A stretch of DNA of 64,000 nucleotides. Source: Takakia lepidozioides. Its lineage: Eukaryota; Plantae; Bryophyta. The position numbers and the translations under genes were made by a program. The notes beneath the pieces are model-generated. The model saw only the letters and a program-made list of their open reading frames with translations. It was not told the origin of the DNA and ran no database searches. Shown here in pieces: positions 1 through 12,100 of this stretch (position 1 is the stretch's first letter; each line of letters begins with the position of its first letter). The DNA is taken from the NCBI GenBank assembly GCA_030704615.1, contig CM060733.1:52142001-52206000 (forward strand). The letters run 5' to 3'.

Positions 1-49
1 TTGTCACAGCCCAACACAGCCCATGTAGGTTACACAGTCCATCAGGTCA

Positions 50-1631
50 GTGACAGGTGGACGCGGATTAACGTCAGAAAGGTGGCCATCAAGTGAAGAA
101 GAAGTTTGGAAGTCAAACTTGGAGAATATGCCACGCGGAGAGGGGAAGTCGGGGGCATGTCTAGAAACGGACACGTGGTCACTAAGGCGAAGCACACCGC
201 ACTACATCGATTGCAAGAGTGGGACTCATCATGCAAGAGGACAAATCGGGCCATCAAAGTACCTACCCGGTACTTCAGCTAAGACTATTTGTGGGCCCAT
301 TAATGCATTCAAAGTAAGGGTAATGGAACCCTTTCCGAGTACAGAAAAGATGGACCTATGCCACATGTGCTGTCCTACAGGACATTCCAGGTGGGAATGT
401 CCACGGAGGAGGGTGGAATTAAGAAGTTACCTAAGCAGGCAACAGCCAATGAGGAGTGAAAATTACATGCAGGTGGTTCCCTCCAAGAAACAAGAACAAG
501 AAGTAGGAAGTGTTATGAGCGGAAGAGTCGGGGTGGCTCCGAATAGCCAGTATCTCGACGGAAGGGGCAATCAAAGCACTAGCTTTGTAGCTATGGCGGA
601 TGTAACGGATTACACACTCGCTTTACTTCTCACGCAGTGGCACAAGGACGGACGAATTGAGAGTACATTTTCTCTCACTCGATACTTGCAAGCCCCACAG
701 GCTTACACGCACTTACCTGTTCCATTCTGTGCCAACCATACCTTCATGCTCTGTGCCCTGCAAGCTTTCCTTCAGCTGTTTCAAACAAAGCCTTTTTGTT
801 TGTCTAGAATGAAGAGAGTGAGGGGAATGGAGGATATCAGGGTGAACAACACCACGATTCTGCAGAAGCAAACAATTGCTACACCGCAGGCAGTGCAGCT
901 ACTAAGGGAGTTGCGATTGGGGGGCTGCTACGCAAGGACTGGTCTTTGCATCATCGGCAGTATATGATTCAATTTCTTCAGAACTTTGAGCCTCGGACGG
1001 GAGTTACCCAGGTGAGGGGAGTAGATATTGAAATTACTCCCCAATACTTGCAACAATTGTTTGATTTGCCATCAGGTCATGTCGATGTGGATGAGCACAG
1101 GGCAAGATTGCAGATAGGGAAATTATTCCAAGAAGGGAGTTTCTTTAAAACTCAAGGTTATGCTTGTACCAAAGCCAAGTACCCAGGGCTCAGAGAAGTT
1201 GGCCAAATATTGAACGTTCTGTTTGCCATGAAACAGAACCAACAGTATTTGAGCAGGTCATTCACAGAGGAGATCCTGAAAGCTTTGAGGGGAAAGGATG
1301 TAGCTTGGGCGGAGTTAATGTACAATGGTCTGGTGGACGAGATGAAGAGATTATAGGGCACTGCTGCTAAGTCTCCGATCATTGTGTCTGGTCCAATCAT
1401 TGCCCAAATCAGTATTGACTCTTGCATACTTGATATTCGGGAACGTAAGGAGATGGGAGTGTTTGAGGCAGTAACCACTGCAATTGAAGAGGAGGGCTCT
1501 TCACATAGTGAGGGTGGACTGGCAAGAAAACACCAGTCTAAGAGACAGAAGCAGGGTATGACTGTAGTGGCGGATCCACTGGCTTCACGGAAACTGCAAG
1601 ATGATGTTTCCCAAGCTCTTGTGGAGGATGG
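50..1631 (+). pseudogene. 5' part of an LTR-retrotransposon accessory/gag-like ORF (CCHC zinc knuckle + plant-transposon 'Transposase_32'-like segment), interrupted by the MULE
   Basis: CHMCCPTGHSRWEC fits C-x2-C-x4-H-x4-C. MIQFLQNF...VRGVDIEITPQYLQQLFDLP resembles Athila/Tat-type extra ORFs. There is a frameshift near 950 and a stop at 1354. The frame ...ALVEDG continues at 14721 once the MULE is removed. Confidence 0.6.
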
Positions 1632-1879
1632 GAGGTTTGCTATTTCATGAGCATGAGCGGCATGAGCGGCATGAGCGGCATGAGCAGATTAGTAACACAA
1701 TCGGTTTTCATGAGCAGAAGTACAAATTTCGAAAATAAAAAACAATAAAAAACAATAATTTAATGCAATGTGTCAGGAAAAACAAATATATTATTCGGCC
1801 CCTTGAAGGGAAAATTGCACTTTTGACAGTTGTGCTCCTGAAATTTCGTCTTCCGCTCATACCAATTCCCAGCGACATG

Positions 1880-2245
1880 TGCAAATATGGCGCCGAATTT
1901 CGCGGTAATAGGGTCCGTAACCTGAAAAAACGGCGACGTATTTCGCGGCAATAGGTCTCTCTGGCGAAAAATGGTGCCGAATTCCACGGCTATAGGTCCC
2001 CTCATGACAGGTAATTCGGCGCCATTTTTCCAGTGCATGTTCGGACTTAGCCAGTTTTCGGCCCAAAAAAGAGAAATTCGGTGCCATTTTTCCAGACACG
2101 GTACCAGTGCATGTTGGGACTTAGCCAGTTTTCGGCCCAAAAAAGAGAAATTCGGTGCCATTTTTCCAGACACGGTACCAGTGCATGTTGGGACTTAGCC
2201 AGTTTTCGGCCCCAAAAAGAGAAATTCGGCGCCATTTTTCCAGAA
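1880..2245. repeat. Left subterminal array of the AAATTCGGCGCC motif, including ~3 x 74-bp tandem units
   Basis: GGCGCC/GGTGCC-type cores at 1889, 1932, 1973, 2018, 2080, 2154 and 2228. The 74-bp units start at 2031, 2105 and 2179 and also carry GGACTTAGCCAGTTTTCGG. Confidence 0.95.
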
Positions 2246-2399
2246 ATGGCCCCACAACTGCTTCTGTTGGATCTCAGTTTGAATGGAATATTGCCTCATT
2301 CCAGGAGTTTTGGGGTGCATTTCATTACACTGCAAAAAAAAGGTCTGATACAGCAAAATGCATTTGAAAATATCCATATGGAGGATTCCGTTTGCCCCA

Positions 2400-5300
2400 T
2401 CAATGATTTCTGGAATCCCTAAGAAGGAGTTTGTGCAGCTCGTTCACGCTCAACGCCGGTGCATGAATAAAGTCATCAATAGTCACGTTCATCCTCAACC
2501 TCTTCAGGTAAATGTAATACAGATGCTTGCACGGATAATACTTGAACCCTTCTTTGCTTCCATCAACGAGAAGTCCGTACAGTTGCAAGTCGGCTCCACT
2601 CCAATCGTAATTGTGTATACATCGTCGCGTACAGCCGAGCCGGCCGTTGCCATCCGATACACACGCCCAAGGCCGGGTGGGGGTACGTCCACGGAGCTCT
2701 GAATAGTGCAAGCCATCCCAAGAGCATTGGCAATCCGAGTCTCATTCAACTTGTTGGGAGGTGTCGTCTCTTCACTCTTCCGAATCGCATTGTGGGATGT
2801 GCAGAATTGTCCAATCCGTCTCTACTGGACCGAGCAGTCTGCAATGGCTGGGTCTGAGGAACCGGAAATGCGTGGGCCGGGATGTCTGTGCGTTGCACCA
2901 TTCGAAATCCTGCTGCAGATAGAGCATCCGCCTCATTCTGAGAGAGGCTGCAACCCGGTGCAACAGGCTAGACGCCCGGAGGCTCCGGCATTCCCTGAAT
3001 CCCGTACTTGGGCTTGCCAAATACACAGGTCATTATGTCATGCCTACAGAACCAAAATGTCTGCGTTGTGGCGTGAGCAAATGTGGGAGTCAAAAATCTG
3101 CCGCTGAAACAAGGTGCAGGTACAGCACCGTGTGGGTTCCTCCGAATCATCTCACCACAGCGTGCTCTCGTATCCACCCGGATGGCGCAACACTTCCCTC
3201 GAAATGCCGGCAATGTCCTCGCAATTCTCCACTGTGACTCCGACACTCTTGTCTCCACAATGGGAATGTTGTATTGCTTTACTACAGATGGCTCGTTATG
3301 TTGCCGGGGCACGCGCCCTGTGCTCAAAGGAGATGGCGATGTTGAACGTGCAGGACTTCCGGTGCTCGACGAGACCTCCTCGGACAACATCACCGGACCA
3401 CGAGGGAGCGTGCGAATATTCTTGTCAGCTCGCCATGAATCCTCTTCTCCGCCAGGTGCCTCGTCAAGTCTTCGTCTCACTGGATGGGTATGAACATCTC
3501 CTTCCAAATGTTGGCCTCTTCGCAGCAATGGCGTGTCCCGAAGGCCCTCTCGCAAGGCCGCCGCCCACTTTCGAGGATTCTTCGATCTGGAGGCAGTCCG
3601 CATCAGCATTTCCTGCCTGTCCGGCCCCAAGCCCACTGTTTCCCTTTCAAGAACTCGTTGTACCTGCATTGCTGCATAATTGACCTCACAATGTCCTCCG
3701 TTGTGGCAGTGAGGATGTCCACCAGATGCGCCGCAGAGGAGGCACGCCAGGAAGAGTGCACTGATTCGGCCATGTTTGTCGTGGGCATGTCGGTGTCGGA
3801 GTCGAGACACATTTCCTGCACAAGCACATGTTCAGGTTACAAGCAAGTTACAAATATGGCCAAGAATAATATCCAACGGGACGCGAATTCGTGCAACTCA
3901 CCTCCCGCATATAGTCGCCGAACTGGAAAAACGATAATGCCACCATGCTAGCCAACTGACCATTGCTCCTTCGTCTGATTTCCTTACAGCACCTGACGAT
4001 GTCCACCAAGCCCGTATGCATGCAAACTGTGTCTCTGCATCATCCAAGGTGGGAGCGCGCTTCCACGCAAGGCACATGGAATGGTGCTCCTCTCTGAAAT
4101 CTGGCGCCACGAGCCTGGTTGTGTACTGCGAAAGGCTCTGCAGAAAATGGAACCCACAAGATCTCTCCTTGCCTTCCATGGGAACATTGGGGTCTTGCCC
4201 GTACACCCTTCGGATGGCAGCCCAATTTGCTTGTGCGTTGTCCGCCATGAAACCACGGAAATTGGGAGGGGGCAATCCCGCCTTGGCCATCTGTTCGTTT
4301 ATTCCCTGCCAAAGAAGCATCTCCGATTGTGTGTCCTCTCCTTTCATCTCACAAATAGCAATTGTCATTAGCATCCTGCAGTGGGTGTCGTAGACATGTG
4401 CACCCATTGTCACCCACTGGTGATTTGTAATTCGCTTGATATGGTCGAACATGACCCAACTGTTTGACAAGTTCCCACTCGTCATCCTGTCGACCAGTTC
4501 GACGCCACTGCCAGGTCCACACGTGGACATTTTGAATACGAAACAACGATCTGCCTCAGTCCCTTGTCCTGGAAACCTACTTCCATGAATGTAGTCATAT
4601 CCACATCGTCGCTTCACCTCCAGAATGGAGTGCATATCCGAGCCACGCCCAATTTTCTGTTTGCATGAGACAATGTGGTTTCGGACATTCGGTGAACATA
4701 CGTGGGACACCGACTCCAGCAATGCCTCCATTTCCTTCTCATCGAGAGGAACTCTATCGGAGCCGTCTTCCGACATAATTCTGGCCAATGCCATCTTATG
4801 GGCGGCTTGGAGCTGTATCTGTTTGGGTTTGGCACCCGGTCTCAACTTAACCTCCTCCTGAACGAGCTGCTCTGCTTCGTGGGCAGCCTCCCGCGAGTTC
4901 CCCCTCGCCAATTTGTGACAATGGGAACCAACGTGTATGCAAGCTCGGGTGAGGTCAGGGAATCGGTGCAACACATAGAACTGCTTGGCATTACAAACAG
5001 ACATGCAGTGTGGTGGTTCTTTGCAATGCGCACACTTAAATGTGGAGTTCGGAACCTTCTCCTGAGCTCGAAATGGTTGGTGAGCTGTGCCTGTCCAATC
5101 GGTCTCGTTCCTGTGACCTCTGGATTTAAAGTGGAAGCAAGTTGGGGAGAAACACCGCAACGCGCCCGCACAAACAACGTAGCGCACCCGCACACCATCA
5201 AGCATCTTCATGCTGGTGGTTTTTGGTAACGCACCAAGGATGACCGTCATGTTTTCTATCCATATCTGTCAACATTCCGGACGCCCTCGAGTAGTCCGCC

Positions 5301-6004
5301 CGAGGAGGGAACTCAAAGAAGATATTACCGTCGACGTCGGCGGGAAGGCATGTAACCGATTTAATTGCGAACTTGCTGTAGTCCAGCCCGGCCAGCTCCG
5401 ACCGGTGTCCCTCCAGGTGAAGCCCTCGCAGAATTTCTAGAATAGATCGAACTGCGGTGCTCGTGCTGGGAATATGACTCCCTCCTCCACTGACGTCCAT
5501 TGAGGACTTGCCTGATCTCCAGGACGACCTCGGAACTTCCATGACCTCGTCTGAGTCGGACAGGTTGTGAACAACCCGGTTCTCGGTCGTCTTCATGGAT
5601 GGGTTCAGCTCTGGATTAACTTCGTTGCGGACTTCTCTCTTTGAGGTACCCACTCTCTGATTCGCGGATTGTTTCGTGGAAGGCGCCAGGATAGACTGTG
5701 CATTTGGCGGGCAAATGAAGTCCCCAACAGCCCTGTATATGACGCTGTCCGATGGTGGAACTCGCCATTCCCTGCCATCGCCGAAATCATCGTGGAGCAC
5801 AACAATACTCTCGACAACAAGGCCGTTTGAGTCCTTCCTTTCCTCCTCCCAAAAAACCGACCCCGGTTTCAGGTGGTATCGAACGCACAGATATTTCTCC
5901 ATCACCCGGCAGGTGTCCCCTCTGCACGGAAATGAAGCTCTATGCTCGTGAGGAGGGCAGTACACTGTAGCGCTCGGGTTTTCCGCCATGGGAGATGTGC
6001 ACAC
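2400..6004 (-). CDS. MULE transposase (GCM/WRKY-like Zn DNA-binding domain, DDE core, C-terminal SWIM finger); frameshifted in this sequence
   Basis: ORF pieces 5198-6004, 3898-5250, 3603-3827, 2968-3810, 2772-3026 and 2400-2749. GCM-like: DGHPW..CAGALRC..C..CAHC..C..RACIHVGSHCH. DDE core: VMFDH (D), FMADNAQA (D), CGFH (CxxH), TTNMAESVH (E). SWIM: TCNCTDF..PCKHLYY. Confidence 0.85.
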
Positions 6005-6289
6005 AAGACTGCTAGGATGGCGTGCGGGAAGCTCCCTGGTAGAAGGGGTGCAGCGATGGGAATGAATGCGATGCCGATTTGTCCGAGCGACGAAGCCTGA
6101 TCCAAATCCAGGGAGCCAACTATCTCAAAAATCCACAGTCAGAGTGTTAATGAACCTTGTCTCCGGAATGCGGCCCCTGGTCTTTGCGCAATAACTGCCA
6201 ACGGTATGCAGTCAGAAAGTGGGGGGCCGTCCGGATGATGACGGCTGAAGGGGAGAAGCCGGCACCGTGCCCTCACATTACTACCCCCG

Positions 6290-8045
6290 AATGGAAATTC
6301 GGCACCCAATATCCAACAGAGGAAGCCCCTGAAGTCGCCTCGGGCGCAGAGGCCGGAGTGTGTGCGACAGAGAACATCCCCTGGATGGAGATTCGGCGCC
6401 GAATTTCCATCCGGCCCCCCAAAGGGAGTCGTGTCGGGGGTCAGGCCGAAAACTGGACGGCATAAAAACATCCCCAGATGGAAAAACGGCGCCGAATTTT
6501 CCATCCGGGGCGGTTCGGATGCAGTCGGGAGGGGGGAGTGGCCTGCAGTTGGCCGTCACATTTCAACCCCCGGACGGAAATTCGGCACCGAATATCGAAC
6601 AGGGGACGCCCGGATGAAGTCGCCTCGGGCGCAGAGGCCGGCGAGTGTGCGACAGAGAACATCCCATGGACGGAGATTCGGCGCCGAATTTCCATCCGGG
6701 CCCCCCCCAAAGGAAGTCTTGTCGGGGGGTCAGACCGAAAACTGGCCGACATAAAAACTTCCACAGATGGGAAAACGGCGCCGAATTTGCATCCTGCATG
6801 TAAGTTGAATCCCGGATGGATGGAAATTCGGCGCCGAATTTCCATCCAGCAGGTAGGTGAATCCCGGATGGATGGAGATTCGGCGCCGATTTCCGTCCAG
6901 CAGGTAAGTGGAATCCTGGATGGATGGGATTTCGGCGCCGAATTTCCATCAAGCACGTAAGACCGAATCCCGCATAAATGGAAATTCGGCGCCGAATTTC
7001 CATCCAGCAGTAAGTCGGATGGGTGCCGTATGGATATTCGGCGCCGAATTTCCATTCGCCATGTATTTCTGAGCGTGGAATTACCTTCGTGCAGGTAATT
7101 CCCAATGAGAATTACCTTTTGCAGGTAATTTCCAGATCAGAATTACCTTCCTGCAGGTAATTCCAATCGATGTGAATTCTTCGTCCCAATTACCTGCACG
7201 AAGGTAATTCTCATCTGGAAATTACCTGCACGAAGGTAATTCTCATCTGGAAATTACCTGCACAAAGGTAATTCTCATCTGGGAATTACCTGCACGAAGG
7301 TAATTCCACGCTCAGAAATACATGGCGAATGGAAATTCGGCGCCGAATATCCATTTGGCACCGATTCGAATTACCTGCAGGATGGAAATTCGGCGCCGAA
7401 TTTCCATTTATGCGGGATTCGACTTACCTGCTGGATGGAAATTCGGCGCCGAATTTCCATTCATCCGGTATTGAAATTACCTGCAGGATGGAAATTCGGC
7501 GCCGAATTTCCATTTATGCGGGATTCGACTTACCTGCTGGATGGAAATTCGGCGCCGCCAAATTCCATTATGCGGGATTCGACTTACCTGCTGGATGGAA
7601 ATTCGGCGCCGAATTTCCATTTATGCGGGATTCGAATTACCTGCAGGAGGGAAATTCGGCGCACCGCCCTACCTGCGCGGATGGAAATTCGGCGCCGGAT
7701 TTCCATCCGCGCGCTCCGAATTACCTGCATGAGGGAAATCTGGGCGCACGCCCTACCTGCGCGGATGGAATTCGGCGCCGGATTTCCATCCGCGCGCTTC
7801 CGAATTACCTGCATGAGGGAAATTTGCACCGCCGCCCTACCTGCGCGGATGGAAATTCGGCGCCGGATTTCCATCCGCGCGCTTCCGAATTACCTGCATG
7901 AGGGAAATTTCCACCGCCGCCCTACCTGCGCGGATGGAAATTCGGCGCCGATTTCCATCCGCCGCTTCCGAATTACCTGCATGAGGGAAATTTCCAGCGC
8001 CGCCCTTCCTCCGCGGATGGAAATTCGGCGCCGGATATCCATCCT
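6290..8045. repeat. Central palindromic array between the divergent MULE genes (~23 copies of GGAAATTCGGCGCCGAATTTCC plus AATTACCT-N6-AGGTAATT repeats)
   Basis: Unit lengths are about 95, 53 and 84 bp. There is a perfect 74-bp inverted repeat at 7031-7104 / 7280-7353. The second motif repeats every 31-32 bp at 7079-7305. Confidence 0.95.
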
Positions 8046-9130
8046 GCTGCGCTCTGAATTACCTCTACGTTGGAAATTCCGGGACTGTTTACGTCGATTT
8101 TCATCCGACATGGAGGGCTTCATCCGACATTTAATTGCGCAGTTGGGCAATAAATGTCGACGGCCGTCGGTTATTATTTGGGCTGGCGACGCATGGCTTC
8201 CTGGACACGTACCCTAAATCTCATGCTAACACTTGGCTTAACATGGTATTCCAGGCATGTACCCCAAAAAGAGATCTCTTTGGCTGGGACTTATGCCGCC
8301 TGAAGGGCGTGGCTCTCCTGAGAGAGACCTCACATCCAGACCGCGGCGGAAGTTGAAAGCTCTGTACTACGGACGACGGCCAATCTCTCGCATGGCCAAA
8401 CTGAAGCTCCAGCAGGAGATTCCAGTGTCTTGCTCACAACCTGCGCCAACTGAAGCCGAGTACTCTCAGGCAAGCCACTTCTGCTTCGGTTTGTTCGATT
8501 TATTTTTGCTTTCGCTTTGTTTTTGCATCTTCATCCTGGCTTTGCTGTATGAGTGAACTTTAGATAGTTGAGTGAACCTTAGATTGTTTGCAATGCGGTG
8601 TGCAAATCCGGCAGCTCTGGAGAAGGCTGCTTGTGCATGTCATTCTTAGGCATTGTTTGCATTTGTTTTCATTGTTGTTGCATGGCTCTCCATACTTCCT
8701 AAACTTGTTATGTTTTCATTTTTGCTACATGATTGTTGCTATGGTGGTTGCGCTGCTCGTTGCGATTGCTCTTTTGCACCGATGTTGGTTTTCACGATTT
8801 TTGTCAATGACAGAGTGACGACGAGCCCGGCCACGCTGGTGGTATCATCGACAGCTCCAACTCATCGCATGTTTGAATCGCCCACTTTGGGGCGAGAAGG
8901 CAAACTTAAACTTTTGTTGGTGGACGGGAGGACTTTGCAACGAGATTACGACAGAGTAGGCATTGGGAGGTTTGGTGCAGGCGGCATGGCAGTAATGGCG
9001 TGAGGACATGAGGACAGCAGATCCGGCAATGGAGGTTGTTCATGCACATGCAGTAGGGCCCGCCCACGCAAAGAAAAAAGAGAGCTAAGCACATGCAATC
9101 CCCGGCGAGGAGAGCAGTCACGGGCTGCGG

Positions 9131-12100
9131 ATGGGGGAAGGAAGCAGTGCGCGCAGGTTGTCAGTTTCGCCTCAATCAAAGGTGGTCGTCTTGGAGGGCT
9201 CCCCTGCTGCTAGCCCTAGTAAGAAACAGAACGCCCGTGCGAGGGCAAAAGAGAGGGCAAAAGAACAGACGAGACAGAATGCTAGCCAGGAGGAAAGAGA
9301 AAAGGCCCTGAAGAGCCAGTGGTGCCCAAATGACAGATGCCAAGTAGCGAGGGACCCACAGAGACGGTGATCCCTACAAACACCACAGAGAGCAGTAGCA
9401 CACCGGTTAGACCATCGCGGGCAAGAGCAGCCCCCGCAATTTACCCATACGGTGGAGAGTGGAGGAGAGGAAGAACACCTGAAAGAGCACGGATTGTGCA
9501 AGTTCGAGGTGGAAGCCAGGGAGAGGGCAGTAGAGACGACGAGAGTGCTGGAGGTGGTTTCGCAGGTGGCTGACCCTGTTGAGAGGACGACATGGAGGTT
9601 TCTGACCAGGATGACATCCTCCCGACATCCCCAGGCCCCAAACCCCGGAGCATACAGGCTGGATTTGGCGGTCCTGGTGGGCTGCCGGAAAACCCCTCTG
9701 CAGCAGACGTCATGTCTGAGGCGGATATGAAGTTGGCCACTGCCAAGATGTTGGAGGCAACCCACAGCAACATTGGCAGGTGCTGGGGGCATGGTGTACC
9801 CGGCCAAGCTTCGAATTCCCCTTTGCCGCTTGGTGTCATTGCAGGTGGTGAGACCTGCCCTCCCAGGCGATATCGACAAGCTGAAATTCTCCCGGGATGG
9901 ATATCGAATGGGTCTGCCGCCTTTTACGTTTTCATGAGAACGACCACGGAGCTTCCCTTGCCCACACTTCCGATGAGGTGGACAAATGGGGTCCCCATTG
10001 GCAAACCGCGAAATGAGGAGTTCGAGAGATCGATTGCTAGTGATCCTCTTTTCCAGCACATGTCCGGTAGATGTTTCTCCGTGTGGGACGACAATCATCG
10101 CTCCTGGCATGGATGGAGCACATTGCCCAAGCCCACCCCAACGATCTCGATTGGCATTTCCGTCGTCGATTGTGTTGTCCTGAAGGTTTGCGGGCCCAAA
10201 GATTCGCAGTCTTCTCAAGCTACAATGGCCGACATCAACTCGTAGCTACAACCCATCTCGCTTTTGGACTTTGAATTTGGAAGTCATTTCATTGCGACTC
10301 CTCAATATGATGAAAATTCCCATTTCAGTATTGTTTGATGGAATGTGGCACTGCAGGTGCTGAAATGCCTTCATTGCCACCAACTTTCCCATATGCTCTT
10401 CCGAGTGAAGGATGTCGGAAAGCAGGGGTGCAAGAGTTTGTCAATTCGCCCAGTGCCGACCTCCTGCTCAAGTCGGAGCAAAGGCACAGAACCTGGTATA
10501 GGCTGAGCGTCCTACGCCATGGTGGACTACATATTTCGGGTAAAGCTCCTGACAGTCTTTGTTGAGCTATTTGTCTCTCCTCCCCCCAATAGAAGATTGT
10601 GTGAGCAGGATCGCTAATCTTGATGTGGCCTTTTCGACAGACGAAAATACAGCAGATTTGGCACATGCGCGGAGGTTCTACATGGAGTCAGAGGCAGAAG
10701 AATCCAAACCTCCCGGACTCGAATCGTATGTCACAGCTGCGGAGGTGAGGGCCCGCATAATACAAGTCGCGGATGGTAAAGTACGTGGCCATAGCTGATC
10801 CCGCCCTTGGTGCCGACTTTCTGGTGGAGGTGGGGAAGCACTACTCCGCGCTCTGAAGCCCACGATGACATTGGAGAAGCTCCATCGTCTAGCCACATCC
10901 TGTGTGGATGCAACAGAAAAGGTGATACATTCTTAACCAAATTGTGGTGGCAACAACTCCTTTTTGTTGTGTGTTTGGCGCTTACGAATATGCTGGGTGT
11001 TGGACAGACCCGGTGGCTCCAAATCTGGAATGGTTCCCAAAGTACCAGGGACATGTGGAGCTTCCCCAAACCGGACCAAACTCTCTGACCCCACATTCGA
11101 CATGTGGATGAACCGCAGACATGGTGGTTTCAGGTACATCCCCACGCTTCGTTTGGGGCTTCTACTCTAGTAGGGGTGGATTCATTGTATTTTTTGAGGA
11201 AAGCGATCTGATGGACAATCTCCACAGGTGACGACGAATGCGCAAGAGCAGCTGGACACACAAGCACATCAGTTCAAGATGGAGATATCTCCTGCAGCAG
11301 AGAGCCTACGTGACTATGTGACGAGGGGTACTTTCTGCTCTACAAAACCAACCTATTCTTTCGGGAGATAGCAGATGCTCGCCGGAGCCACGAGTTCACC
11401 GACCAGCCGAACGCGGACAAAGCAGCAATGCGCCTTCTGTACAGGTACATACGCGCTGCCTTTCTTTCAAGTCCTGCATTTTAGGATGTTAGAGGCCTAA
11501 GTGGTGTTAGGGAAAATGGCGCCGAATTTCCAGTCAGGGCTCCGAAAATGGCAAAGTCCCTAGACTTGCTGGCCCGGAACTGGAAATTCGGCGCCATTTT
11601 CCAGTTCCAGGCCCTATTGCCGTTCAGGGACTTAGCCATTTTCGGCCTAAGTCCCTAGTGTGGCTGGCCCGGAACTGGAAAATTCGGCGCCGTTTTCCAG
11701 TTCTAGGCCCTATTGCCGTCCAGGGACTTAGCCATTTTCGGGCTAAGTCCCTAGGGTGGCTGGCCCGGAACTGGAAATTCGGCGCCGTTTTCCAGTTCTA
11801 GGCCCTATGCCGTCAGGGACTTAGCCATTTTCGGGCTAAGTCCCTAGGGTGGCTGGCCCGAACTGGAAATTCGGCGCCGTTTTCCAGTTCTAGGCCCTAT
11901 GCCGTCCAGGGACTTAGCCATTTTCGGGCTAAGTCCCTAGGGTGGCTGGCCCGGAACTGGAAATTCGGCGACGTTTCCAGTTCTAGGCCATATTGCCGTC
12001 CAGGGACTTAGCCATTTTCGGGCTAAGTCCCTAGACTGGCTAGCCCTGAAGTGGAAATTCGGCGCCATATTCCAGTCCAGGCCTATTGCCGTCCAGGGAC

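Noticed and set aside
1-55. End of the 5' LTR (CACAGCCC repeats, ...TGACA) followed by a PBS
   Set aside because: It does not match the reconstructed 3' LTR end at 18798-18850, and no recognisable tRNA-complementary PBS follows. Left unresolved.
6290-8045. CRISPR array (regularly spaced palindromic repeats)
   Set aside because: The spacers are themselves near-identical tandem units, there are no cas genes, and the context is a eukaryotic transposon interior.
6139-8217. ORFs with MEIRRRISI / WKFGAEF / DGNSAPN repeats (also 1760-2422 and 11937-12401)
   Set aside because: These are translation artefacts of a stop-free palindromic DNA repeat; the same peptides appear on both strands in all frames.
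9172-10218. 348-aa antisense ORF (also 12131-13057, 48485-49207, 61039-61635)
   Set aside because: These are shadow ORFs opposite real coding sequence and carry no motifs.
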